The notes below the pieces were generated by a model. The model ran no database searches, was not told the origin of the DNA, and saw only the letters and a program-made list of their open reading frames with translations. A DNA stretch of 64,000 nucleotides, from contig CAZWIA010000002.1 in the NCBI GenBank assembly GCA_964633955.1, positions 8,026 through 72,025 of the forward strand, written 5' to 3'. This DNA is from an uncultured Candidatus Peribacteria bacterium (GTDB taxonomy: Bacteria > Patescibacteriota > Gracilibacteria > Peribacterales > Peribacteraceae). The translations under genes and the position numbers were made by a program. The stretch's first letter is position 1. Each line of letters begins with the position of its first letter. Positions 9,187-16,748 of this stretch are shown in pieces.

Positions 9187-9367
9187 CTGTCACTCTGAGC
9201 TTGGCGAAGAGTGATCAGAGGTGTGGCTCCCATCCCACATGTTGGGATCATAGGCGCAAGCGATGTCTGTTGAGATAGCGGCCGTTAAGCGACCATGAAC
9301 TGGCCTGGTGCCCCAACCGCGCGAAGAGACACCAGAGATCACCCTTCGCCGGGGCTCAGGGTGACAG
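9187..9367. repeat. MITE-like / long-stem structured element (~35-nt imperfect terminal inverted repeats, ~110-nt interior)
   Basis: The left arm CTGTCACTCTGAGCTTGGCGAAGAGTGATCAGAGG pairs with the right arm CCAGAGATCACCCTTCGCCGGGGCTCAGGGTGACAG. There is an inner hairpin ATCCCA-CATGT-TGGGAT and no ORF. Confidence 0.6.
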
Positions 9368-9427
9368 TCTTGAGCATTTTTGAATGGTTTTTCTAGCCTC
9401 AGGACTGGCATTCCCAGTTCTCTGCGG

Positions 9428-9433
9428 TACGAT
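9428..9433 (+). promoter_or_regulatory. -10-like hexamer TACGAT 9 nt upstream of the uvrB ATG (leaderless candidate)
   Basis: TACGAT-gctcgttct-ATG, with no Shine-Dalgarno sequence. Confidence 0.35.
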
Positions 9434-9442
9434 GCTCGTTCT

Positions 9443-11428
9443 ATGCAACCCCAGCCCTTCAAGCTCGTCGCCCCGTACCAGCCTACCGGCGACCAGCCGG
9501 CGGCGATCAAGAAGCTGGTTGCCGGCGTGAACGCCGGCGTGAAGCACCAGACGCTCCTTGGCGCCACCGGCACCGGGAAGACCTTTGCCATGGCCAACGT
9601 GGTTTCCCAGGTGCAGCGGCCCACCCTGGTGCTGGCGCACAACAAGACGCTTGCGGCGCAGTTGTGCTCGGAGTTCCAGAGCTTCTTCCCGGATAACGCG
9701 GTCAGCTACTTTGTGAGCTACTACGACTACTACCAGCCGGAGGCCTACGTCCCCACGTCGGATACCTACATAGAGAAGGATGCGTCCATCAATGATGAGA
9801 TTGCCAAGTTCCGCCATGCCGCCACCTACAACCTGCTCACGCGGCGGGACGTGCTCATTGTGGCGTCCGTCTCCTGCATCTACGGCCTGGGCGACGTGGA
9901 GGACTACGAGGCACTGGCCATCAAGCTGGAACGGGGCCAGCCCATCAAGCGCGACCAGTTCCTGCGCCGCCTCACGGACATCCAGTACCGCCGGTCCGGC
10001 ATGGACTTCAAGCAGGGGATGGTGCACGTGCTGGGGGACACGGTGGAAGTCTTTCCGCCCGGCGGGGACACGGTCATCCGCATGGAAATGCCGTTTGATG
10101 AAGTGGATGTGATCCAGGAAGTGGACAGCTTCACGGGGGAGGTGCTGCGGGAGCTGCAGGAGGTGATGATCTTCCCGGCATCCCACAACGTGACCACGCA
10201 GGAGAAGATTGATCGCGCGGTGGAGTTGATCCGGGCCGATCTGGACGCCCGGGAGAAGGAATTCCTGAACGCCGGGGAACTGGTGAAGGCGGAGCGGATC
10301 CGCCAGCGCACGGAGTACGACATAGAGATGCTGAAAGAGACCGGCTACTGCACGGGCATTGAGAACTACGTGCGGTACCTGTCCGGCAATCCGCCAGGCT
10401 CTCCGCCCAGCACCCTCCTGGACTACTTCCCGGAGGACTTCCTCCTCTTTGTGGATGAGAGCCACATCTCCATCCCGCAGATCGGCGGCATGCATGAGGG
10501 CAACTACTCCCGCAAGCAGACCCTGGTGGACTACGGCTTCCGGCTCCCCAGCGCGCATGATAACCGGCCGCTGAAGTTTGAGGAGTTTGAGGCGCGGGCC
10601 GGCCAGCGCGTCTACGTGTCCGCCACGCCCGGCAAGTACGAGCACCGGCACACCCTGAAGGAACACGTGGTGGAGCAGATCATCCGGCCCACCGGGCTCC
10701 TGGATCCGCCGGTCACGGTCAAACCCACCGTGCACCAGATTGATGACATTGCCCGTGAAGTCCAGGAGACGATCGCCCGCGGCGAACGCGCGCTCATCAC
10801 CACCCTCACCAAGAAGATGGCGGAGGATCTCACGCAGTTCCTGCTGGATGGCGGCTACAAGGTGCGCTACCTCCACAGCGACGTGGAGACGCTGGAGCGG
10901 ATCGAGATCCTGCGGCAACTGCGCATCGGGGACATCGACATCGTGGTGGGCATCAACCTGCTGCGCGAAGGGTTGGATCTGCCGGAGGTGAGCTTCATCG
11001 CCATCCTTGACGCGGACAAGCAGGGCTTCCTGCGCAGCCGGGACGCGCTCATCCAGACGATCGGCCGCGCCGCACGCAACGTGCACGGGCACGTGACGCT
11101 CTACGCGGACAAGATGACGGACGCCATGCAGGCGGCCATCCGGGAAACGGAGCGGCGCCGGGCCATCCAGGACGCCTACAACAAGGAGCACGGCATCACG
11201 CCCAAGGGGATAGAGAAAGCCATCCGGGACATTGCGGAAGAGAGCCGCAAACTGGAACTGCGGCGTCCAAAGCACGATCACCAGAAGATCCCCAAGGATG
11301 AGAAGAAGCGCCTCATGGAAGAGCTGGAGCAGCAGATGGAACTGGCCGCGCAGAATTTGGAGTTTGAGAAAGCCGCGGACCTCCGCGATGAAATAGAACT
11401 CCTCAAGCGCGAGCTGGCACGCCCGTAG
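9443..11428 (+). CDS. uvrB: excinuclease ABC subunit B
   Basis: Start at [12 protein letters not shown]. Walker A GATGTGKT, helicase motifs and a C-terminal UVR domain ([13 protein letters not shown]). Confidence 0.95.
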   Translation: MQPQPFKLVAPYQPTGDQPAAIKKLVAGVNAGVKHQTLLGATGTGKTFAMANVVSQVQRPTLVLAHNKTLAAQLCSEFQSFFPDNAVSYFVSYYDYYQPEAYVPTSDTYIEKDASINDEIAKFRHAATYNLLTRRDVLIVASVSCIYGLGDVEDYEALAIKLERGQPIKRDQFLRRLTDIQYRRSGMDFKQGMVHVLGDTVEVFPPGGDTVIRMEMPFDEVDVIQEVDSFTGEVLRELQEVMIFPASHNVTTQEKIDRAVELIRADLDAREKEFLNAGELVKAERIRQRTEYDIEMLKETGYCTGIENYVRYLSGNPPGSPPSTLLDYFPEDFLLFVDESHISIPQIGGMHEGNYSRKQTLVDYGFRLPSAHDNRPLKFEEFEARAGQRVYVSATPGKYEHRHTLKEHVVEQIIRPTGLLDPPVTVKPTVHQIDDIAREVQETIARGERALITTLTKKMAEDLTQFLLDGGYKVRYLHSDVETLERIEILRQLRIGDIDIVVGINLLREGLDLPEVSFIAILDADKQGFLRSRDALIQTIGRAARNVHGHVTLYADKMTDAMQAAIRETERRRAIQDAYNKEHGITPKGIEKAIRDIAEESRKLELRRPKHDHQKIPKDEKKRLMEELEQQMELAAQNLEFEKAADLRDEIELLKRELARP

Positions 11429-11539
11429 CCGCGCACGCCGCGCAGCGCATGCTACGGCAAGATAAACACGCTGGGGCATCAATTGGCAGGTGATGCGCGG
11501 GAATGCTAGGGTGAACGCTATCTTTCCCCCTCTTTCTCT

Positions 11540-11965
11540 ATGCAGATGTCCAAGCGCGCGGCGGACTGGGGCCTCCTGGCCCTCCGGATCGTCATTGCCG
11601 CTATCTTCCTCTTCCACGGCTGGCAGAAGATCCAGCTGTGGATGTCTGGCACCACCAATCCGCTCATGATGGTCCTGGCCGTGGTGGAGCCTGTTGCCGC
11701 CATCCTGGTCCTCATCGGCTATTTCACGCGCTGGGCGTCACTCGCCTTGGCCGTGATCATGATCGGCGCCATCTACTACAAGATGACCGGCCAAATGGGC
11801 GACCCGATCGGCTTTGCCACGCCCACCGGCCCGGGCTGGGAGTTTGACTTGGCGCTCCTTGGCGGCGCGCTGGCGCTGGCGGGCGTGGGCCCCGGCTGCC
11901 TGGCGTTGGAGTGCAAGGAATGCTGGTCCGGCGCGCCCAAGATGACAGGCGCGCCCATGGCGTAA
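11540..11965 (+). CDS. DoxX-family membrane protein
   Basis: 141 aa with four predicted TM segments. The N-terminal LALRIVIAAIFLFHGWQK signature is typical of DoxX. Confidence 0.75.
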   Translation: MQMSKRAADWGLLALRIVIAAIFLFHGWQKIQLWMSGTTNPLMMVLAVVEPVAAILVLIGYFTRWASLALAVIMIGAIYYKMTGQMGDPIGFATPTGPGWEFDLALLGGALALAGVGPGCLALECKECWSGAPKMTGAPMA

Positions 11966-11988
11966 TCCGGCAGTGCGGAATCCGAACG

Positions 11989-12016
11989 GAGGCGCGGACA
12001 TCCGCGCCTCTTTCTT
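11989..12016 (+). terminator. rho-independent terminator of the DoxX gene
   Basis: GAGGCGCGGA-CA-TCCGCGCCTC followed by TTTCTT. Confidence 0.7.
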
Positions 12017-12037
12017 ATGCACACTCCGCGGTGGCAC

Positions 12038-12068
12038 AAAAAAAGGGTGTAGCGCGCAGGCTACACCC
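12038..12068 (-). terminator. rho-independent terminator of the small minus-strand gene
   Basis: The minus strand reads GGGTGTAGC-CTGCGC-GCTACACCC followed by TTTTTTT. Confidence 0.7.
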
Positions 12069-12088
12069 AAGGGATCCCGTGGGAACAA

Positions 12089-12214
12089 TTAACCGAGGAT
12101 CATGGCCCGCACGACTTCCGTGTCCGTGCTGACCAGGTACAGCAGGTTCAGCGCCAGGAAGGCGAACGCACCCGCCATGTACTTCACACGAGGATGGGCA
12201 TTCTCGTATGCCAT
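12089..12214 (-). CDS. small (41 aa) single-TM hypothetical protein
   Basis: MAYENAHPRVKYMAGAFAFLALNLLYLVSTDTEVVRAMILG. It has its own promoter-like and terminator signals. No Shine-Dalgarno sequence was seen. Confidence 0.4.
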   Translation of the reverse strand: MAYENAHPRVKYMAGAFAFLALNLLYLVSTDTEVVRAMILG

Positions 12215-12256
12215 AGTGGATATGGGTATTGGAGGTAAAAAGAAAGAACTGGAAGT

Positions 12257-12285
12257 ATAATACCATAAATTTGACATTTTAACAA
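12257..12285 (-). promoter_or_regulatory. sigma70-like promoter TTGTTA-17-TATTAT in an AT-rich spacer
   Basis: On the minus strand the -35 is at 12285-12280 and the -10 at 12262-12257, upstream of the 41-aa ORF. Confidence 0.4.
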
Positions 12286-12351
12286 TAGTTGTTTCAATGA
12301 AAAATAGAAGGATATCGAGCCAGAGGCCGAGAAATCGCCTTTTACGACGAT

Positions 12352-13188
12352 TTACGCTAGTAGCCGCACCGCTTCCTTGTAGCCTTCCGGCGTACCGGTA
12401 TCCAGGCGAGTGCCTTCAAAGACGTAGCCGTAGATCTCCGTGGATCCCAGCTCCGCGATGAGCCCGTCGATCAGCCGGATCTCCCCGCCGTGGGAGCCCT
12501 GCTCAATCCGCTCCAGGGCCCGGAACACGTCCCGCGGCACAATGTACTTCCCCACGATCCCGAGCGTGGACGGCGCCTCCGCGGGCTTTGGCTTCTCCAC
12601 CAGCGCCTTCACGCGGCGGATCCGCTCGTGCGGCGCGTCTGCGGGATCATGGATGTCCACAATGCCGTACCGGTGGACCTGGTCCCGCGGCACATCCTGC
12701 AGGCACAGCATGGCAGCGCGCGCATCCGCCGGCAGGTGCGCGTACGCGCTCACCATCTGCTCCAGACCGGTGCGCTCGTGGGCGATGAGATCGTCCCCAA
12801 AGAGTACCGCGATCATATCGCTATGGATCCACTCCCCGGCGTGCATGAGCGCGTGGCCGTCCCCCTTCATCTCCCGCTGGTAGACCACGTGGAAGTTCAC
12901 CTCGCTGTACTTGGAGAGCTCCTCCAGCATGTGGAGCTTCCCGCGCGCATGGAGCTCCGCCTCCAGTTCCGGCATCTCGTAGAAGTACTGCGGGATGGCC
13001 TCCTTGCCCTGGCTGATCACAAAGCAGATCTCCCGGATCCCCACACTGAGACACTCGTCCACGAGCAGCGCGATGATGGGCCGGTTGCCGATGGGCAGGA
13101 GCTCCTTGGGCACCACCTTGGTCCACGGCAGGAACCGGGTGCCAAGTCCCGCAACGGGCAGGACGGCTTGCGTGAGGGTGACGGCCAT
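12352..13188 (-). CDS. galU: UTP--glucose-1-phosphate uridylyltransferase
   Basis: Start at MAVTLTQAVLPVAGLGTRFLPWTKVVPKELLPI, the GalU N-terminal signature. Colinear to the end. Confidence 0.9.
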   Translation of the reverse strand: MAVTLTQAVLPVAGLGTRFLPWTKVVPKELLPIGNRPIIALLVDECLSVGIREICFVISQGKEAIPQYFYEMPELEAELHARGKLHMLEELSKYSEVNFHVVYQREMKGDGHALMHAGEWIHSDMIAVLFGDDLIAHERTGLEQMVSAYAHLPADARAAMLCLQDVPRDQVHRYGIVDIHDPADAPHERIRRVKALVEKPKPAEAPSTLGIVGKYIVPRDVFRALERIEQGSHGGEIRLIDGLIAELGSTEIYGYVFEGTRLDTGTPEGYKEAVRLLA

Positions 13189-13321
13189 AGAGGAGGAGCG
13201 GGGAACAAAGCGCGAGCTGCAGGCACCTCGCGGTTGCGCGATCAGCCAAGCATGGTGCATAGCGAAAGTCGACCAGCCAACATCGACATACATCGTAAAT
13301 TATGATACTTCAGCTCAAAGC

Positions 13322-13786
13322 TCATCCTTCTTGGATTCTCACAATCTTGATCTTCTCCTCCTTGGGAACCAGGATCTTCAGGACGCTGTCCTTGTTAAAG
13401 GTCGCCTTCACCTTCTTGGGGTCGATCTGGAAGGGGAGCGTCACTGACCGGCTGAAGGGCCCCCAGTAGCACTCCTGCAGGTAGTACTGACTATCCGGGA
13501 TCTGATCGGCTTGCCGCCTATGGCCGCGGATGGTGAGGACGTTCTCATTCACCTCTATATCCAGATCCGAGAGCTTCACCCCGGCGATGGGCGCCTTGAT
13601 GATGTAGTAGTCATCCTGCTCGTAGATATCCACCGCCACGCGGCCGGGCGCCGCGTGAGAGGACGGCGTGGGAAGCGGCGCGGCGTGGTCCAACGCTTCC
13701 TCCTCATCGTCCCAGCCAGATCCCGGCACGCCGCCCTGCGCGCGGTTGAAGGAGCTGAAGATGCCGTGGAAGGGAGGTGTTGCCAT
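13322..13786 (-). CDS. Hsp20/alpha-crystallin family small heat-shock protein
   Basis: Start at MATPPFHG. The ACD core is VDIYEQDDYYIIKAPIAGVKLSDLDIEV..NVLTIRG...F.RSV.LP..IDPKKVKATF.DSVLKILVPK. Confidence 0.88.
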   Translation of the reverse strand: MATPPFHGIFSSFNRAQGGVPGSGWDDEEEALDHAAPLPTPSSHAAPGRVAVDIYEQDDYYIIKAPIAGVKLSDLDIEVNENVLTIRGHRRQADQIPDSQYYLQECYWGPFSRSVTLPFQIDPKKVKATFNKDSVLKILVPKEEKIKIVRIQEG

Positions 13787-13794
13787 CTCCGCGT

Positions 13795-13800
13795 CATTGT
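13795..13800 (-). promoter_or_regulatory. -10-like TACAAT ~9 nt upstream of the hsp20 ATG (leaderless candidate), with TTGCGG about 18 nt further upstream
   Basis: The minus strand reads TTGCGG-n18-TACAAT-gacgcggag-ATG. Coordinates are approximate to +/-1. Confidence 0.4.
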
Positions 13801-14043
13801 ACTGCGCACTGTGCACGGACCGCAAAGGAGTCCGCTCGTCATGCGCGGCGTTCCGTTGCCCATTCCGCGTGAGCGCGCATGGCGATTCACACGCCACGCA
13901 GCCGACACGGGACGGAAGGAGTGTGCTCAAGCGAAAATTCCACGCGCGCCTTGCTCATCTTGCGTGAGCCAGTACAATGCGCTGCGCGACCAACGAGTGC
14001 GTGCGAGTGCTGCGTGCGTCTCTCCCTTCACACCTCTCCCCAC

Positions 14044-14268
14044 ATGTCCACCATCACCCTGAGAAACAACATCCGGCGTCTGCGGTTCGAACGCAATATG
14101 ACGCAGGAGGAATTGGCGCTGCGCACCGGCGTCTCCCGGCAGACCATCATGAGCATCGAGCGCGGCCGGACCAACCCCTCCATCCTGCTCGCCTACAAGA
14201 TCGCGGAAGCGCTGGCGGTGGACGTGAACATGGTGTTCGCCATTGAGGGGAAGCTGGCCCCCATCTGA
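14044..14268 (+). CDS. XRE/Cro-C1 family helix-turn-helix transcriptional regulator (74 aa)
   Basis: LRNNIRRLRFERNMTQEELALRTGVSRQTIMSIERGRTNPSILLAYKIAEAL. Divergent from hsp20. Confidence 0.8.
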   Translation: MSTITLRNNIRRLRFERNMTQEELALRTGVSRQTIMSIERGRTNPSILLAYKIAEALAVDVNMVFAIEGKLAPI

Positions 14269-14270
14269 GC

Positions 14271-14350
14271 GATCAGTGGTCAGTGGTGAGTGGTCAGTCA
14301 TGGAGAAACGTATTGTTTCCTGACCACTGATCACTGACCACTCGCCACTG
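14271..14350. repeat. heptamer-array hairpin (CAGTGGT flavour) between the XRE and recJ stops
   Basis: The left arm CAGTGGT CAGTGGT GAGTGGT CAGTCA pairs with the right arm TGACCACTGATCACTGACCACTCGCCACTG. The right arm encodes the last 5 codons of recJ. Confidence 0.75.
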
Positions 14351-15971
14351 TTTGTGGTGTCATCAGATCATCCAGGAACAGCTGCACGCTCTCCCGGCCG
14401 TTCCAGGTATCCACGCCCACGCGGACCAGGAGGTCCAGCGGCTCACTGGTGCGATCCAGGAAGGAGCCGAAGTTGAAGCCGATGAGCTTGTGCGGGCCCA
14501 AGCGGGCTTGGAGATGTGTGCCGGTCGAACCTACGACGCGCGGATCCGACAGGCGCACGTTCTTCAGGATGAAGCGCGGCTCCGCGTTACCTTGGCCGAA
14601 CGGTTCCAATTCCGCGATGTGGCGGCAGAGGAGAAGGCTTAGGTGCTGGGGCGCGATGGCCAGGTCCGCGGCGTACGTGGGAACCAGCGCAGATGGATCC
14701 ATCCGCTCCGCTACGTCCTGCGCCATCCGGTCGGCGAACGCCTCCAGATTCGCAAGCGTCAACGTGCAGCCCGCCGCCTGCGCGTGGCCGCCAAAGTGCG
14801 TGAGCAGATCGGACGCACGTTCGAGTCCTTGGGCGACATGATAACCCTGCACGCTGCGCAGCGATCCTGTCACACGGTCACCCTGAATGGCGCCTACAAA
14901 GCTCGGCTTGCCGGTGGCCTCCGTGAGCTTCCCGGCAAGGAGCCCCACGATGCCCGGCGTGTACGCTGCATTCGCGGTACAAAGGAAAGGGGCCGCACGA
15001 TCCAAGGTCGCGTTGAGTTCTTCCCAGTGCGTCTGTGTCACCTGCTGACGATCGCGGTTGAGCGTCTCCAGCTGCAGGAGCGCCTGGCGATCGCCCAGGA
15101 GTGCCTTGAGCGCCAGGTGCGGATCCGCCATGCGACCGGCGGCGTTGATGCGCGGCGCGATGCGGAAGGCCACGTCCCGGCTGGTGGGAATACCGGCGAT
15201 GCCGGCGGCGTCCCGGAGATCCGCCAGCGCGCAGTCCCGGAGGGAGGAGAAGGCGCGCAGGCCCTCCATGGTCATCACGCGGTTCCCGCCCTTGAGTTCC
15301 ACCAAGTCTGCGACCGTACCCGCCATGGCCAGCGTACGGTCCTCCATCATGCCGTCCCAGCTCCCGCCCTCAACCGCGGAGACAAAGAGGTGCGCCACGC
15401 CGGACGCGCACGGGTGCACCGGACCGAACGACGGCGCCAGCGCCGGATGCAGCGTGGCGTGCGCCTTGGGTGGCGCCTCCGGCACGTGGTGGTGGTCCAG
15501 CACGATCACGTCCATGCCCAGCATGTTTGCCGCGTCCACCGCTTCCACTGAACTGATGCCCGTGTCTACGGTCAGGAGGAGCGTCACTCCCTTCTCCCGC
15601 ATCCCCAGCACGTGAGGGACTTTCAGGCCGTAACCTTCCCTGATGCGGTGCGGCAGCCGCACGACCGGGTCCGCTCCCCTGCGCCTGAGCATGCGCACCA
15701 CCTGAGCGGTGCCGGTGATGCCGTCACAGTCGTAGTCTCCAAAGACGCCTATCGTCTCGCAGCTCCCAAGGGCGCGGTCCAGGCGTTCAAGCGCCCGGGG
15801 CAGATCCGGGAAATGCACAGGGTCGAACGCTCCGCTCTCCGCCTCCGTGCCGCGCAGCTCTGAAAGCGCCTGCAGGATGAGCGGCAGGCTCACGTGCGGC
15901 GGCGCGTCTGCGGGGATCACGCGCGGGGAGCGCACCTGCCAACGGCGACCGGTAAAGGAGGGCGGCGTCAC
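14331..15971 (-). CDS. recJ: single-stranded-DNA-specific exonuclease RecJ
   Basis: DHH-family motifs (GDYDCDGITG, LLTVDTGIS, VLDHHH) and a DHHA1 region with GGHAQAAG. Confidence 0.9.
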   Translation of the reverse strand: MTPPSFTGRRWQVRSPRVIPADAPPHVSLPLILQALSELRGTEAESGAFDPVHFPDLPRALERLDRALGSCETIGVFGDYDCDGITGTAQVVRMLRRRGADPVVRLPHRIREGYGLKVPHVLGMREKGVTLLLTVDTGISSVEAVDAANMLGMDVIVLDHHHVPEAPPKAHATLHPALAPSFGPVHPCASGVAHLFVSAVEGGSWDGMMEDRTLAMAGTVADLVELKGGNRVMTMEGLRAFSSLRDCALADLRDAAGIAGIPTSRDVAFRIAPRINAAGRMADPHLALKALLGDRQALLQLETLNRDRQQVTQTHWEELNATLDRAAPFLCTANAAYTPGIVGLLAGKLTEATGKPSFVGAIQGDRVTGSLRSVQGYHVAQGLERASDLLTHFGGHAQAAGCTLTLANLEAFADRMAQDVAERMDPSALVPTYAADLAIAPQHLSLLLCRHIAELEPFGQGNAEPRFILKNVRLSDPRVVGSTGTHLQARLGPHKLIGFNFGSFLDRTSEPLDLLVRVGVDTWNGRESVQLFLDDLMTPQTVASGQ

Positions 15972-16112
15972 GGACGGAGACTAGCAGCTTCAGCAGCGTC
16001 CACCTACGCGGGCGAGCACGAATGTTCGCCCGGATGAGTGTTTTCCGCTTACGGAAGATCTAAGCGGCGTTCCGCGGCGGCGCGGAACAACCCAAAGGGT
16101 ACACGGTCACGC

Positions 16113-16165
16113 GTACGAGGTCCCAACGTTGAACCTCGTAACCTTGTAACGTTGTAACTGCAAGG
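16113..16165. repeat. heptamer-array element (TGTAAC flavour) with an 8-bp stem
   Basis: TACGAGGT (16114-16121) pairs with ACCTCGTA (16133-16140), followed by ACCTTGTAAC GTTGTAAC TGCAAGG. Confidence 0.6.
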
Positions 16166-16183
16166 CGAATAGCTCCCGATTCC

Positions 16184-16723
16184 CTACTGCCTTCCCACTG
16201 CTCTTGCTCGATGCATCGTCCACCCCACCGCCCCGATCAGCGCGAGACCCAAAAGCCACATCTCCGGTCCCGTGGGCGCGAGCGGCTTCACGCGCGCCGG
16301 CATCTCATCCAGCGGCGCGCCCGGGTGCACGGCGACAGCCGGCTGATTGCGGCGACTCTGCAGCCGCAGGAGCGCGCGGAGGGTTGCCGCATTCACGTTC
16401 AGCGTCACGGATTCCCCGGTGGGCGCGATCACCGTCTGCTCGGAGGACACGGCACTTGCCGAACTGCTGCTCCCCGCGGCCGCGTGCGCGGCTTCCTCCG
16501 CCATCCGCTCCTGGGCGGCTAACCGCGCTTCCGCCTCCGCCAGGCGGCGGATGGCTTCCTCATTGCGTCGCTCCCGCGCGCTGAAGGAATCCGTTCGCGG
16601 GCGGCCGGTCGCCGCGGCATGGGGGTTGCCCAGCACTTCATCCGGCGGCGTGTAGGCCGTAGCCTGCAGCGGCAGCAGGAGCCAGAGGGCGGTGACGGTG
16701 GCGAGGAGTCTGGAACGCATCAT
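16184..16723 (-). CDS. secreted protein with a C-terminal tripartite sorting signal (LAPTG / GPE motif, Gly-Leu-rich TM, basic tail)
   Basis: Start at MMRSRLLATVTALWLLLPLQATA (signal peptide). The C-terminus is KPLAPTGPEMWLLGLALIGAVGWTMHRARAVGRQ. Confidence 0.6.
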   Translation of the reverse strand: MMRSRLLATVTALWLLLPLQATAYTPPDEVLGNPHAAATGRPRTDSFSARERRNEEAIRRLAEAEARLAAQERMAEEAAHAAAGSSSSASAVSSEQTVIAPTGESVTLNVNAATLRALLRLQSRRNQPAVAVHPGAPLDEMPARVKPLAPTGPEMWLLGLALIGAVGWTMHRARAVGRQ

Positions 16724-16748
16724 AGTATTGTACCAGAATAGTGAATAT

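Noticed and set aside
9356-11617. 753-aa minus-strand ORF opposite uvrB; likewise 21158..23152 opposite topA, 8083..8934 opposite fbaB, 39655..40542 opposite serS, and 55748..57946 and 58314..59690 opposite the giant gene
   Set aside because: Each overlaps a confidently identified conserved gene on the other strand. Each has a junk-like composition (poly-R/L/H/G) and no recognisable motifs.
14271-14350. Heptamer arrays as CRISPR arrays
   Set aside because: The units are 7-9 nt, directly abutting, degenerate and without spacers. There is no regular 28-37-nt repeat with unique spacers, and no cas genes are in the window.
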